Positions 9,240 to 19,721 of a stretch of 64,000 bases of DNA are shown one piece after another. A program made the translations under genes and the position numbers. Source of the stretch: Clostridiaceae bacterium (GTDB lineage: Bacteria; Bacillota; Clostridia; Acetivibrionales; DULL01). The first letter of the stretch is position 1. Each line of letters begins with the position of its first letter. The stretch is taken from positions 16,264 to 80,263 of the forward strand of contig DULL01000010.1 of the NCBI GenBank assembly GCA_012840395.1, given 5' to 3'. A model generated the notes under the pieces. It saw nothing but the letters and a program-made list of their open reading frames with translations. It was not told the DNA's origin and searched no databases.

Positions 9240-11285
9240 TTAGTGCATTAGTCCGGAAAACTCATCTGCACTTGTTACCGGTTTCTTGCAGGAAAAGTTT
9301 TCGCATACATAAACTGTTGTTTTATTTTCCAGAGGAAAATAGTTCTTTAAATAAGGCATTATATCTGTAATATCCTTATTATCCTGACTATAGAAAATTG
9401 TAGTGGTAAAAGGCATGAATTTTTGCTGTATAACATCAAAAATTGCTTTTTTGTCAGATTCAGATGAGTTTTTACCATCGACAATTATTACTTCTTTTGA
9501 TCCGGCAAGAGAAAACAGAAGTGCAATGAGCATAAAAGCATGTCCTGATCCGGCGCTGTTGATATAGGATGCAAAAGTCCTGAACTGTCTTTGAGCTTTT
9601 TCTTCTAAATCCGGTCTGCCGGTTAACCTTGCAAGTCTCAAAAAGTTAAACGTAGCAACTGAATTACCTGAAGGAGTTGCACCATCGTAGATTTCTTTTG
9701 GCCTAACAATCAATTCTTCTCCGTCGCTTCCATATAAAAACAGACCTCCACCATCATCATCCCAAAAGAGGGAAAGCATGTTGTCGTTTAATTCAAGAGC
9801 TTTCTTTAAATAAAAAGGATTATAGGTTGTTTCATATAATTCTATGAGAGCCCATACTAAAAATGCATAGTCATCTACATATGCTAGATGTGCAGTATCT
9901 CCATTCCGGTACCTGGCCATAAGGCGCCCATCTTCACGTATTAACTTTGAAAAAATAAAGGACGCTGCTTTCTCTGCAGCCTGCGTATAACTCTCGTTCC
10001 CAAGAATTCTGCCACCGATAGCGAAAGCTGCAATCATAAGACCGTTCCAGGAAGTAAGAATCTTATCGTCCTTATGTGGATGAATCCTTTTTTCTCTATG
10101 AATGAAGAGAGGAACGGTTCTGCTTTTTTCATCATTAAAATCATAAAGTTCCTTGTCAAATTTTATACTTTTTATAAGATTAGGTATATTTACTCCTTCA
10201 AAATTACCGGCTTCTGTTATATCGTACATTTCACAAAACTTTCTGCCTTCTTCTTCTCCAAGAATATCCATTATCTCTTTTTTACTCCAGGTATAGAATT
10301 TCCCTTCAACACCTTCGGAATCTGCATCTTCAGCTGAATAAAAACCTCCTTCCGGTGAAGTCATATCCCTTTGAATATACGTAAAAATCTGGCGGGCTAT
10401 TTTTTCATACAGCGGTTGTCCGGTAACATGGAATGTTTCCAAATATGCAATGGCTAAAAGTGCATTATCATGCAGCATTTTTTCAAAGTGAGGCACAAGC
10501 CACATCCTGTCAGTAGAATAGCGGCTAAAACCATATCCTATATGATCATAGATGCCTCCTTTATACATGCAGTTAAGAGTTTTTTTCACCATTTCCAGTG
10601 CTTTTGCATTACCTGTTTTGTAGTAGTACCTTAATAGAAACAGCAGATTATGGGGTGTGGGAAATTTTGGGGCAACTCCGAAACCTCCATATTCTTCGTC
10701 ATAACTTTGCTCCAGGCTTCTGAATGTTGTGGTTATAGCTTCTTCTGAGGGAAGGCCTTCTTCGTATTCATTATATTTTTTTATTGCATCCGTTATGTTG
10801 TTTCCTGAACTAATAATTGAATCTCTGTCTTCGGTCCATAATTTGTTTATCCTTCTTAATAGACTTATAAGGCCATACATACCATACCTGTCATCTTTAG
10901 GGAAGTACGTCCCTGCAAAGAAAGGTTTTTTATCAGGAGTCATAAAGACAGTCAAGGGCCAGCCTCCGCTTCCGGTAAGAACCTGGCATACAGTCATATA
11001 TATGCTGTCAATGTCGGGACGTTCCTCCCGGTCTACTTTTATGGATATAAAATGCCGATTCAGCAGCTGTGCTACTTCTTCGTTCTCAAAAGACTCCCTC
11101 TCCATAACATGACACCAATGGCAGGTGGAATAGCCGATGGAAAGGAAGATAGGTTTATCTTCTGCTTTAGCTTTAGCGAAGGCCTCTTCACCCCAGGGAT
11201 ACCAATCCACAGGGTTATGGGCATGCTGCAGAAGGTAGGGAGATTTTTCGTGGATTAGTCTATTAACATATTTGTTAGTTGACAT
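9240..11285 (-). CDS. Thioredoxin-domain protein of the YyaL/DUF255 family (thioredoxin fold plus six-hairpin glycosidase-like domain)
   Basis: N-terminal [12 protein letters not shown] motif, 681 aa, AGGAAGGTGA RBS upstream. Confidence 0.9.
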   Translation of the reverse strand: MSTNKYVNRLIHEKSPYLLQHAHNPVDWYPWGEEAFAKAKAEDKPIFLSIGYSTCHWCHVMERESFENEEVAQLLNRHFISIKVDREERPDIDSIYMTVCQVLTGSGGWPLTVFMTPDKKPFFAGTYFPKDDRYGMYGLISLLRRINKLWTEDRDSIISSGNNITDAIKKYNEYEEGLPSEEAITTTFRSLEQSYDEEYGGFGVAPKFPTPHNLLFLLRYYYKTGNAKALEMVKKTLNCMYKGGIYDHIGYGFSRYSTDRMWLVPHFEKMLHDNALLAIAYLETFHVTGQPLYEKIARQIFTYIQRDMTSPEGGFYSAEDADSEGVEGKFYTWSKKEIMDILGEEEGRKFCEMYDITEAGNFEGVNIPNLIKSIKFDKELYDFNDEKSRTVPLFIHREKRIHPHKDDKILTSWNGLMIAAFAIGGRILGNESYTQAAEKAASFIFSKLIREDGRLMARYRNGDTAHLAYVDDYAFLVWALIELYETTYNPFYLKKALELNDNMLSLFWDDDGGGLFLYGSDGEELIVRPKEIYDGATPSGNSVATFNFLRLARLTGRPDLEEKAQRQFRTFASYINSAGSGHAFMLIALLFSLAGSKEVIIVDGKNSSESDKKAIFDVIQQKFMPFTTTIFYSQDNKDITDIMPYLKNYFPLENKTTVYVCENFSCKKPVTSADEFSGLMH

Positions 11286-11622
11286 GTGGGCATCACCTTC
11301 CTTTCATAATTTTATAGTTTGTTGGATTTTTAAAGTAAAATATTATTTATATTTACCACCAAACTATTATTTGAAAGAAAGGGATTATATATTCAGCTTG
11401 AAAAGTTGTGAAAACACCGGACTACTTACCAGTACCAAACATGTTCAAGATATGTGATTATTTAAGGATAGTAACAGGCAAATAAAGGAAAACATTATAA
11501 GAGACACACTTTTTTCATTTACTTAGTAAATGTTACAAAAGAGTGGTAGAATACTGGTGGAGTATATTGATTACCAGTAGCATTCAACGGGTTTATATGC
11601 TTTTTGAACTATTTTAAGGGAG

Positions 11623-12564
11623 ATGATGGGAATGAGTAATCAAGTGACTCCAGAGAAGTTGCATTACAAACTATCTAAGCTATTAGGAGAGTATGAAATA
11701 ATTAACAATTACAGACCAAGAAGCAATAGGACAGGAGTATGGAAAATCAAATCCAAGCAGAAATTTTATTTTGTAAAAACTTTCTCAAGGAAAAGCAGAT
11801 GGCATCCTGAAGTCTATGCTTACCAAAACTGGATTCTAGCTTTAGCTCCATATGCTCCAGAGTTGATTGAAGTTTTTGAGGAAGAGAACTGGCAAGGCAT
11901 TTTAATTTCTACGTTACCAGGCATTATCATGAGAGAAGCTAATTTGAGTATTGTTCAAATGGAAAAAGCATACTTTAAGGCTGGTGAACTAACAAGATTA
12001 CTTCATTCAAGATTTAAATGAGATTGGTTTGGAAGACCAGATAAAAATGGAAATCCTATAGAGATTTATTATCATATTGACCCAGTCTACTATGTTAAAA
12101 ACTCAATAATAGAGATGTACAATAAAGGGTTAGATTTAAATTACTATAATGCTGATGAGATTAGATTAGCTGAATGGGCACTAGAAAATGTTGAGGTATT
12201 CAAAGATAGTATTCCTGTTCCAATAAGTTGGGACTCTACTCCAGGTAACTGGTTAGTTGACGAAGATGAAAATTTTACAGGTATGATAGATTTTGAAAAT
12301 ATGCTTTGGGGTATTGATGTAGATAATTTTGCAATACTTTTTGAAAGATATTTTCCTGACTGCCCCAATGGGAAGGATGCATTTTTCAGGGGATATGGTG
12401 CTGATGTTTTAGAGAATAAAGAACTAATGATAAAAATAGTTTGTATAAAAAAGGGCTTAAGTGATATTCTATGGGGATTAGAAAACAATGAGGATAGAAA
12501 TGTTAAATTGGGAAGAAATATGTTGTTGTCAATATCACATACAATAACTAATGGTCTACCGTAA
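11623..12564 (+). pseudogene. Aminoglycoside/choline-kinase-like phosphotransferase (APH family) interrupted by one in-frame TGA
   Basis: ORFs 11623-12021 and 12115-12564 are in the same frame. Reading through TGA 12019-12021 gives continuous LHSRFK*DWFGRPDKNGNPIEIYYHIDP... The kinase catalytic-loop-like WDSTPGNWLV and MIDFE lie in the second part. Confidence 0.75.
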
Positions 12565-12666
12565 CATACCCTTCATTAAGTTGAGGGCCATACTTGAGCC
12601 CATAACTCCGGTACCTATAAATCCTATTTTATTGAATGAATCCCGTTTATTAATTAAATCCTTCAT
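12556..12666 (-). pseudogene. 5' stub of a 3-hydroxyisobutyrate/6-phosphogluconate-dehydrogenase-like NAD(P)-binding oxidoreductase
   Basis: AAAGGGGT RBS plus ATG at 12666. The translation MKDLINKRDSFNKIGFIGTGVMGSSMALNLMKGMLR* carries the Rossmann GxGxxG start, then stops after 36 codons where the APH-like gene ends. Confidence 0.6.
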
Positions 12667-12714
12667 GGTTAACCCCTTTCTGTAATTAAAAGTTTAATAT
12701 TGCATGCTATTCAC

Positions 12715-14466
12715 TTATTTTGCCTTATCAATTCCCTCATATGAAAACCCCTCCTTATACAGTGATGCATACATACCGCCTTTTTCCATTAATTCGGCAT
12801 GAGTTCCCTGCTCCTCAATGCCTCTGGCGGAAAGCACCACTATATTGTCGGCATTTTTGATTGTTGTAAGCCTGTGGGCTATAATCAGTGTGGTCCTCCC
12901 ATGCGCAAGTTTGTTTAAGGATTCCTGTACAAGTCTTTCACTTTCATTGTCCAGTGCAGAAGTCGCTTCATCCAGTATCAATATGGGAGGATTTTTTAGA
13001 AAAGCCCTGGCAATTGATATCCGCTGTTTCTGGCCTCCCGATAGTTTTACCCCCCGTTCTCCCACAAAGGTATCATAACCGTTTTCCAATTCCAAAATAA
13101 AATCATGAGCATTTGCAAGCTTTGCAGCTTCAATCACTTCTTTCATTGAAGCGTCCGGCCTGCCGTAAAGGATATTTTCCGCTATTGTACCTGAGAACAT
13201 GTAAACGTCCTGCTGAACCATTCCTATGTTTTTCCTTAAGGAGCTGAGGGTAAGTTTGCGAATATCCTTTCCGTCTATAGTTATGGAACCTTCATTAACT
13301 TCATAGAACCTTGGGATAAGGTTGCAGAACGTTGTTTTACCCACCCCCGAAGGGCCAACTAAGGCAACGGTCTGCCCTTTTTTTATAGTGAGGTTTATGT
13401 TTTCCAGCACAACAGTTTTGTCATTGTAACTGAAAGATACATTATTAAAAACAATCTCTCCCTTAACATCCGTTAATTCTTCCGCATCTTCACTATCAAC
13501 TATTTCAGGCTTGGTATCCAGTATTTCCAGTAACCTGTCAAAACCAGACATGCCCCGCTGGAAGGTTTCAGTGAAATTGACAAGCCGTTCTATCGGATTC
13601 AGAAAAACATTAATAAACAGGATGTATGCAACCAAATCGGATACGGAAATTTTGCCCTGGACTAAAAATATGCCTCCAAATACGAGAACGGATAAATACA
13701 GTATTCCCTGGAGGAACTGGTTGCCTGAATGAAACTTGCCCATGATGGTATAGCTGCTTTCCTTCGTCTCAAGGAATTGCCTGTTTCCCTCATTAAACTT
13801 GCAGAACTCGATATCTTCATTTGCAAAAGACTTAACAACCCGTATCCCTGCCAGGCTGTCCTGGGCCTTGGCATTTACAATGGCAATCTTTTGCCTGTTT
13901 TCCCTGAATACAGCGCGCATCTTAAGGTTGTAGTAACCTGTGAATACAACAATAAAGACCGTTAGGGCCAAAAGGATCAGAGTGAGCTTTACATCCATAG
14001 TGAGCATAATAATGACCGCACCCATAATTTTGACAAACGAAATGAAAACGTCCTCCGGACCATGATGTGCTAATTCTGTAATGTCAAATAAGTCATTTGT
14101 TATACGTGACATAAGTTTGCCTGTATTTGCGTTGTCATAGAATGAAAATGACAGTTTCTGGAGGTGATTAAAAAGATCCCTGCGCATATCTGCTTCCATA
14201 CGTGCTCCCATTATATGGCCCCATGATGTAATATAATACTGGCAGAAATAACGTATAATATAAAGTATCAAAAGCCCTGCTGAAGACAAGAACATTATTT
14301 CCAGCAAGTCGGTAAAGTGTTTGCTATACACTTCATCCATCAGATACTTGACAAGCGATGGAAATAAAAGGTCAATACCCGACAAAATAAGCGCACAGAA
14401 CATATCCATGAAAAACATGCCTTTATAAGGGCGGTAGTACAAAAGAAACCTCTTTAATTTCTCCAT
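12715..14466 (-). CDS. ABC exporter, fused permease/ATPase (MsbA/multidrug type)
   Basis: Six-TM N-terminal domain, Walker A GPSGVGKTT, LSGGQKQR, ILILDEATSALD. MEKLKRFLLYYRPYKG is the probable true N-terminus. Confidence 0.92.
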   Translation of the reverse strand: MEKLKRFLLYYRPYKGMFFMDMFCALILSGIDLLFPSLVKYLMDEVYSKHFTDLLEIMFLSSAGLLILYIIRYFCQYYITSWGHIMGARMEADMRRDLFNHLQKLSFSFYDNANTGKLMSRITNDLFDITELAHHGPEDVFISFVKIMGAVIIMLTMDVKLTLILLALTVFIVVFTGYYNLKMRAVFRENRQKIAIVNAKAQDSLAGIRVVKSFANEDIEFCKFNEGNRQFLETKESSYTIMGKFHSGNQFLQGILYLSVLVFGGIFLVQGKISVSDLVAYILFINVFLNPIERLVNFTETFQRGMSGFDRLLEILDTKPEIVDSEDAEELTDVKGEIVFNNVSFSYNDKTVVLENINLTIKKGQTVALVGPSGVGKTTFCNLIPRFYEVNEGSITIDGKDIRKLTLSSLRKNIGMVQQDVYMFSGTIAENILYGRPDASMKEVIEAAKLANAHDFILELENGYDTFVGERGVKLSGGQKQRISIARAFLKNPPILILDEATSALDNESERLVQESLNKLAHGRTTLIIAHRLTTIKNADNIVVLSARGIEEQGTHAELMEKGGMYASLYKEGFSYEGIDKAK

Positions 14467-14708
14467 ATAAACACAACCTGTTCTTTCCACATATCCATCG
14501 TTTGCATTATGACAGTATTATAGCACAAACAATGATTCAACTGAACAAAAGAAACATCAGCCTGGGATAATATCTAATTTCGATGAAAAGTCCGTCGGAT
14601 TATACAGGAAAACTTCGATATACCTGGAACACAAAGGACTTGTCATGCACCTGAGCGGTTGCTTGGTCAAACTTGACACCAAAAAGCTTGAAAAGATAGC
14701 TTTATTAT

Positions 14709-14958
14709 ATTGTATTACCACAAAACAGATAATGCATATTCGGTAGTTATGAAGCCAAATAGGCATATGCTTTTTTCCAGTATAATGACAAGTATAAAAT
14801 TGTACCTGTGGATACTTCTTCAAGTTTTCTGCTATTTTATCTAATAAACGTTTATCAATTGTTTTTCCATGATATTTACAATACCAGTATGGCCATATCC
14901 AATGATAACAGATGTCTGTTTTTCGCGGATTACAAGATTCTGAATGTAAAAAAATCAT
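14709..14958 (-). pseudogene. Decayed C-terminal remnant of an MBL-fold metallo-hydrolase gene (copy A)
   Basis: The minus strand reads, across frames, ...VIIGYGHTGIVNIMEK / TIDKRLLDKIAENLKKYPQVQFYTCHYTGKK / AYAYLAS*LPNMHYLFCGNTI*. It needs frameshifts and a stop, and lacks about 65 nt that are present in copy B. Confidence 0.6.
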
Positions 14959-15027
14959 ATAAAAAATACAAAACTAAATTGACAACAATCCAAAAATAAA
15001 TTAGTCTGTTTATAGAACTTAATATTG

Positions 15028-15205
15028 CTGGAACAGGTGTCGGCTATAATTATATATACAAGTTATAGCCGGTGAAAAGGGAAGTGGGTTAGAATCCCAC
15101 GCGGTCCCGCCGCTGTAATTGAGGAGTTCTTACATAAATGCCACTGGGAAACTGGGAAGGCAGTAAGGATGATGATACTTAAGCCAGAAGACCTGCCTGT
15201 TCTTT
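15028..15205 (+). ncRNA. Cobalamin riboswitch aptamer
   Basis: P1 GAACAGG (15031-37) pairs with CCTGTTC (15195-201). Conserved GGTGAAAAGGGAAG, GGTCCCGCCGCTGT and the B12 box ATGCCACTGGGAA...GGGAAGGC are present. Confidence 0.92.
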
Positions 15206-15277
15206 ATCACCAATGAACTCTACGAGCGATAGGGGGTGTTGTATATATGTATATATTGTGTATTTCCGGATAAATAT

Positions 15278-15317
15278 AACCTCTTAACGATTCTAAGTTG
15301 AGAGGTTTTAATTTTAT
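15278..15317 (+). terminator. Intrinsic terminator (expression platform of the cobalamin riboswitch)
   Basis: AACCTCTTAAC / GTTGAGAGGTT 11-bp stem with one G-T pair, followed by TTAATTTTAT. Confidence 0.75.
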
Positions 15318-15322
15318 AAGGC

Positions 15323-15933
15323 ATGTCGTTAAGCATAGTGCCACTTATAAAAGGGTTTATGGAATTTAACAAAGATATAAATCTTGATTTGCTGGAAATG
15401 CTGGGAGCAGAATTAGTATACTTCAGCCCTCTTAGTGACAGCCAGCTTCCGGATGAAATCAACGGACTTTATCTGGGTGGTGGTTATCCTGAAGTTTTTG
15501 CTAAACAGCTTGAGGAAAATACAGATATCAGGGTGAATATCAAAAGCAAGCTTGAAAGCGGTTTGCCGGCGTATGCTGAATGCGGCGGGCTTATGTACAT
15601 GTCGGAAGCCATAATAAACAGTGCCGGAGAGAAATTTAACATGGTCGGTATAATACCTGGTGTAAGTATAATGACTAAGACATTGCAAAGGTTCGGATAT
15701 GTGAAATAGACATTGTTGATGATAATGTTCTAGCAGCAAAAGGCGAGAAAATCAGGGGACATGAATTTCATTATTCAACAATAGAAATGAAGGAGAATAT
15801 TCCTGCCTGTTTCAGTATCAGGAAAAGCAGAAAAAACAGCACAGCAACAGTATGGAAACAAGGGATAAGAGGTGGTTTTGCCTATGAAAGCAAAATGTAT
15901 CATGATACAGGGGACGGCATCATCTGTCGGTAA
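15323..15933 (+). pseudogene. cbiA: cbiA (cobyrinate a,c-diamide synthase) remnant: glutamine amidotransferase half only, with a frameshift
   Basis: LGAELVYFSPLSDSQLPDEINGLYLGGGYPE and AECGGLMYM are CbiA C-terminal-domain motifs. The frame breaks at 15707 (GTG AAA TAG). The protein continues in the -1 frame as IDIVDDNVLAAKGEKIRGHEFHYS. The roughly 230-aa ATP-binding N-terminal domain is absent. Confidence 0.75.
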
Positions 15934-17404
15934 AAGCCTGATTGCAACCGGTTTGTGCAGGATATTCCGGCAGGATGGATATAAAGTGGCGCCGTTCAAA
16001 TCTCAGAATATGGCTTTAAACTCATATATCACAAAAGAAGGGAAAGAAATGGGCAGGGCTCAGGTAGTACAGGCTGAAGCAGCTGGTGTTGAGCCTTCGG
16101 TTGAAATGAATCCGATTCTGTTGAAGCCTACTACCGATAAGAAGACACAGGTGATAATCAACGGAAGTGTCTATGGTAATATGTCAGCTGTGGAGTATCA
16201 TGAGTTCAAGCCGCAACTTGCAAATATGGTTCAAAACATATATAACGGCCTTGCTGAAAAAAATGACATTATAGTCATAGAGGGAGCCGGAAGCCCTGCT
16301 GAAATAAACCTTAGAGACAAGGATATTGTAAACATGGGTATGGCAGAGATTGCCGATGCTCCTGTGATTCTTGTAGGTGATATTGACAAGGGAGGGGTTT
16401 TTGCCTCACTGGCCGGGACCATGATGCTATTGACAGAAGCAGAAAGGGCCAGGGTCAAGGGTGCCATTATTAATAAATTCAGAGGGGACATCAAGATATT
16501 GGAACCGGGCTTAAAAATGCTGGAAGATATAATCAAGGTTCCCGTATTGGGTGACATTCCGTATACAAAAATTAATATAGAAGATGAAGACAGTCTGGCT
16601 GAGAGATTTAATCAAAAGGAAGATTCTGAAGTCAGAGAAATAGACATAGCTGTCATTAAGCTGCCACATATATCAAATTTCACTGATTTTAACGCACTGG
16701 AAAATATAAATGGAGTCAGGCTCAGATATGTGGACATGGTGACAAACCTTAAAAAGCCTGATATGATTATTCTTCCAGGCACGAAAAACACTATTGAAGA
16801 TCTTTTGTTTATTAGGAAATCAGGCCTAGAAACAGAGATTAACAAACTTTATCGGTCCGGTACAGTTATTTATGGTATATGCGGTGGGTATCAAATGCTG
16901 GGAATGGAGATAGCAGATCCTTATCATGTAGAATCGAATCAGGAAAAGATAGCAGGTATAGGCCTTTTAAATATAAAAACGGTATTTCAGCAGAAGAAAG
17001 TTACAACACAGGTAAAGGCAACAATAACAGGTAATGATGGAATATTGGAAGGGCTTGACGGTATAACGGTAGAAGGCTATGAAATACATATGGGAACCAC
17101 TGAATACCTGGAAGGCTGCATCCCATACTTAACCGTCAGTTCTGTTCTGGGACATCACAATGTCAAAATAGATGGTGTAAGAAACGGAGATGTGCTGGGT
17201 ACCTATATCCATGGGATATTTGATAATATGGAATTTACCTCAGGGATTATAAACAACCTGAGGAAAAGAAAAGGGCTTAATAGAGAAAATATTATTACTC
17301 TAAGTTTTAAGGAATATAAAGAAGAACAGTACAATAAGCTTTCTCAACTGCTTAGAGATAACCTGGATATGAAGAAAATATATGACATAGTAAATGGCTT
17401 TTGA
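15884..17404 (+). CDS. cobQ: Cobyric acid synthase
   Basis: MKAKCIMIQGTASSVGKS P-loop, GATase ICGGYQMLG and THGIFDN-like YIHGIFDN. GAGGTGG RBS before ATG 15884. Confidence 0.93.
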   Translation: MKAKCIMIQGTASSVGKSLIATGLCRIFRQDGYKVAPFKSQNMALNSYITKEGKEMGRAQVVQAEAAGVEPSVEMNPILLKPTTDKKTQVIINGSVYGNMSAVEYHEFKPQLANMVQNIYNGLAEKNDIIVIEGAGSPAEINLRDKDIVNMGMAEIADAPVILVGDIDKGGVFASLAGTMMLLTEAERARVKGAIINKFRGDIKILEPGLKMLEDIIKVPVLGDIPYTKINIEDEDSLAERFNQKEDSEVREIDIAVIKLPHISNFTDFNALENINGVRLRYVDMVTNLKKPDMIILPGTKNTIEDLLFIRKSGLETEINKLYRSGTVIYGICGGYQMLGMEIADPYHVESNQEKIAGIGLLNIKTVFQQKKVTTQVKATITGNDGILEGLDGITVEGYEIHMGTTEYLEGCIPYLTVSSVLGHHNVKIDGVRNGDVLGTYIHGIFDNMEFTSGIINNLRKRKGLNRENIITLSFKEYKEEQYNKLSQLLRDNLDMKKIYDIVNGF

Positions 17405-17458
17405 CTATTCCTGAATGAGGATATTGGACATATATTCATATTTCTGCGCCTGGAAGAC

Positions 17459-18496
17459 ATGTTTAATCTGAGGGGGAAAAGCTTGCTTGCAATGTTGCTG
17501 TTTGATGTATTTATAGCATTTACTCTTGATCTGATTTTAGGAGATCCTTACTGGCTTCCTCATCCCGTGAGAATTATCGGATGGGCTATTAAGAAAACGG
17601 AGAAATTTCTCAGAAAGATAATTGATAAACTTAGACCTGGTGACATGCAGACCAGAGGAAAACATGAAAGGATTGCAGGGACTTTTCTTATGGTGTTTGT
17701 AGTATCGGTAACCTTCCTGCTGGTGCATCTGATATTAAAAATTGCATTGCTGATTAGTCCTGTATTATTTCATATTTTGAACATCTATTTCATATATTCT
17801 TCTCTTGCGGCAAAGTGCATGGCAGAAGAGGCAATGAAGGTATATAAAAAGCTGATGGAAGACGATATCGTAGAGAGCAGAAAGCAACTTGCCATGCTGG
17901 TAGGCAGACAGACAGAAGGCTTGAGTGAAAAGGAAATAATCCGTGGAGTAGTGGAAACAACGGCAGAAAATACTGTGGATGGTATTCTTTCTCCGCTAAT
18001 CTATACCTTTATAGGATCATTTTTCGGTATAAGCGCTCCTCTTGTTTATGCTTTTAAAGCTATAAGTACATTGGATTCAATGGTAGGATATATGAATGAC
18101 AAATATATCAATATGGGAAGAACTTCGGCAAAAACCGATGATGTAGCCAACTATATTCCTGCAAGACTGGCAGGATTTATAATTCCCCTTGCTGCCCTGT
18201 TATGCGGCAAAAATATGAAAGGAAGTTTTAGAATAATGCTGCGGGACAGGCATAACCATAAGAGCCCTAATTGCGCGTATCCGGAGGCTGCTGTAGCAGG
18301 TGCTCTTGGTATTAAAATTGGCGGTACCAACATTTATTTCGGTCAGACTGTGGAGAAACCCACTATCGGGGATGCTGTAAAAGATCTGGAAAGGAAAGAT
18401 ATACGGGATACTATCAGACTTATGTATGCAGCAACTTTTTTGACAGTGCTTTTTGAAGGTTTGATAACAATAATTATATTGGCTGGGAGGATTTAA
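17459..18496 (+). CDS. cbiB: Adenosylcobinamide-phosphate synthase
   Basis: LGDPYWLPHPVRIIGW motif, multi-TM protein, position between cobQ and cobD. Confidence 0.9.
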   Translation: MFNLRGKSLLAMLLFDVFIAFTLDLILGDPYWLPHPVRIIGWAIKKTEKFLRKIIDKLRPGDMQTRGKHERIAGTFLMVFVVSVTFLLVHLILKIALLISPVLFHILNIYFIYSSLAAKCMAEEAMKVYKKLMEDDIVESRKQLAMLVGRQTEGLSEKEIIRGVVETTAENTVDGILSPLIYTFIGSFFGISAPLVYAFKAISTLDSMVGYMNDKYINMGRTSAKTDDVANYIPARLAGFIIPLAALLCGKNMKGSFRIMLRDRHNHKSPNCAYPEAAVAGALGIKIGGTNIYFGQTVEKPTIGDAVKDLERKDIRDTIRLMYAATFLTVLFEGLITIIILAGRI

Positions 18497-19591
18497 ATGC
18501 ACATACATGGAGGAAATATATACAGGGCTTCACAAACCTTTGGTATAAGGATGGAGGACATTATGGACTACAGTGCCAACATTAATCCTTTAGGCTTGCC
18601 TGAAGGGCTTAAAGAATTATTGATAACAGGCATTGATAATCTGATTAATTATCCCGATCCTGAATATACAGAGCTGAAAAAAGAGATATCAGGATATTTG
18701 AAGGTGGATGAGGAATGCATAATACCTGGTAATGGTGCTTCGGAAATAATTTATCTATTGTTTGAGGTGCTGAAACTAAAAAAAATTATGATTCCTGCTC
18801 CTTCTTTTAATGAGTATATTCAGGCTGCGCAAGTCTCAGGTACCGAAACGGTTTTTTTTGAACTTAAAGAAAAAAGCAATTTTAAATTGAATATCGATGA
18901 ACTTCTAGACGAAGTCAAATCCGGATATGATGCCCTACTGCTTTGTAATCCCAATAATCCTACATCAACATTGCTATCGAGGAAAGAGCTCTATAGAATA
19001 TTACAGTTTACCTCAGCCAGGGGAATTTATTTAATAATTGACGAGGCTTTTATTGAACTCACAGTAGGGGGAAATGGAAATTCCATGACGGATACTCTGG
19101 GTAAATTCAACAACCTTTTTATAATTCGAGCCTTTACAAAACTTTTTGCAATACCCGGACTCAGACTGGGATATGGCCTTGGGAGTACTGATATTATAAA
19201 TGCAATGTGGAAAAGGAAAATGCCATGGTCTATAAATTCGCTGGCATGCAGCGCAGCCAGGGTTTTAAGTAATTGCAGCCAGTATCTTGAGAAGACTGCC
19301 CTATGGCTAGCAGAGGAAAAAGAATGGTTTTACAAAGAACTAAGCAGTATCCATGGCATAAAGGTCTTTGAACCGCAAACAAATTTTATTCTGATAAAAA
19401 TAACTTTGCCTTCACTGGATGTGAGGACACTTAAAGAATATATGGGCAAAAAAGGAGTATTGATAAGAGATGCAAGCAACTTCAAATTCTTGAATGACAA
19501 ATTCTTTAGGATTGCGATAAAAGACAGAAAAAGTAATGTCAAATTCCAGTCACTGCTGAAGGAGGCTCTGGAATATGCATCTAGAAGCTAA
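18497..19591 (+). CDS. cobD: L-threonine-O-3-phosphate decarboxylase (class I/II aminotransferase fold)
   Basis: HGGN start, NPNNPT, IIDEAF and FTKLFAIPGLRLGY (PLP lysine). Start abuts the cbiB stop. Confidence 0.88.
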   Translation: MHIHGGNIYRASQTFGIRMEDIMDYSANINPLGLPEGLKELLITGIDNLINYPDPEYTELKKEISGYLKVDEECIIPGNGASEIIYLLFEVLKLKKIMIPAPSFNEYIQAAQVSGTETVFFELKEKSNFKLNIDELLDEVKSGYDALLLCNPNNPTSTLLSRKELYRILQFTSARGIYLIIDEAFIELTVGGNGNSMTDTLGKFNNLFIIRAFTKLFAIPGLRLGYGLGSTDIINAMWKRKMPWSINSLACSAARVLSNCSQYLEKTALWLAEEKEWFYKELSSIHGIKVFEPQTNFILIKITLPSLDVRTLKEYMGKKGVLIRDASNFKFLNDKFFRIAIKDRKSNVKFQSLLKEALEYASRS

Positions 19592-19721
19592 AAGGGACAT
19601 ATATTCAGTTTAATAGTGTAGGCTTCCTTTTGTTTGTTAAATAGATGCATCGATGTCAGCGGGCAATTTTTTAAAGTGTCGCATGTGGGAATCTGTTAAT
19701 GGTTGTTTAGGTCATTACTAA

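Noticed and set aside
11516-11532. Short perfect AT-rich palindromes in intergenic regions: CATTTACT-T-AGTAAATG here, AATTTCAAT-TTT-ATTGAAATT at 21230-21250, and AACTGTTAACAGTT at 53049-53062
   Set aside because: These may be operator sites. In a genome this AT-rich, palindromes of 14-21 nt arise by chance, and I have no regulator or conservation evidence to tie them to.
12019-12021. In-frame TGA as selenocysteine or programmed recoding
   Set aside because: I see no SECIS-like stem-loop directly downstream. Kinase-fold APH proteins are not known selenoproteins, and the neighbourhood is full of other decayed genes. Nonsense mutation is the simpler explanation.
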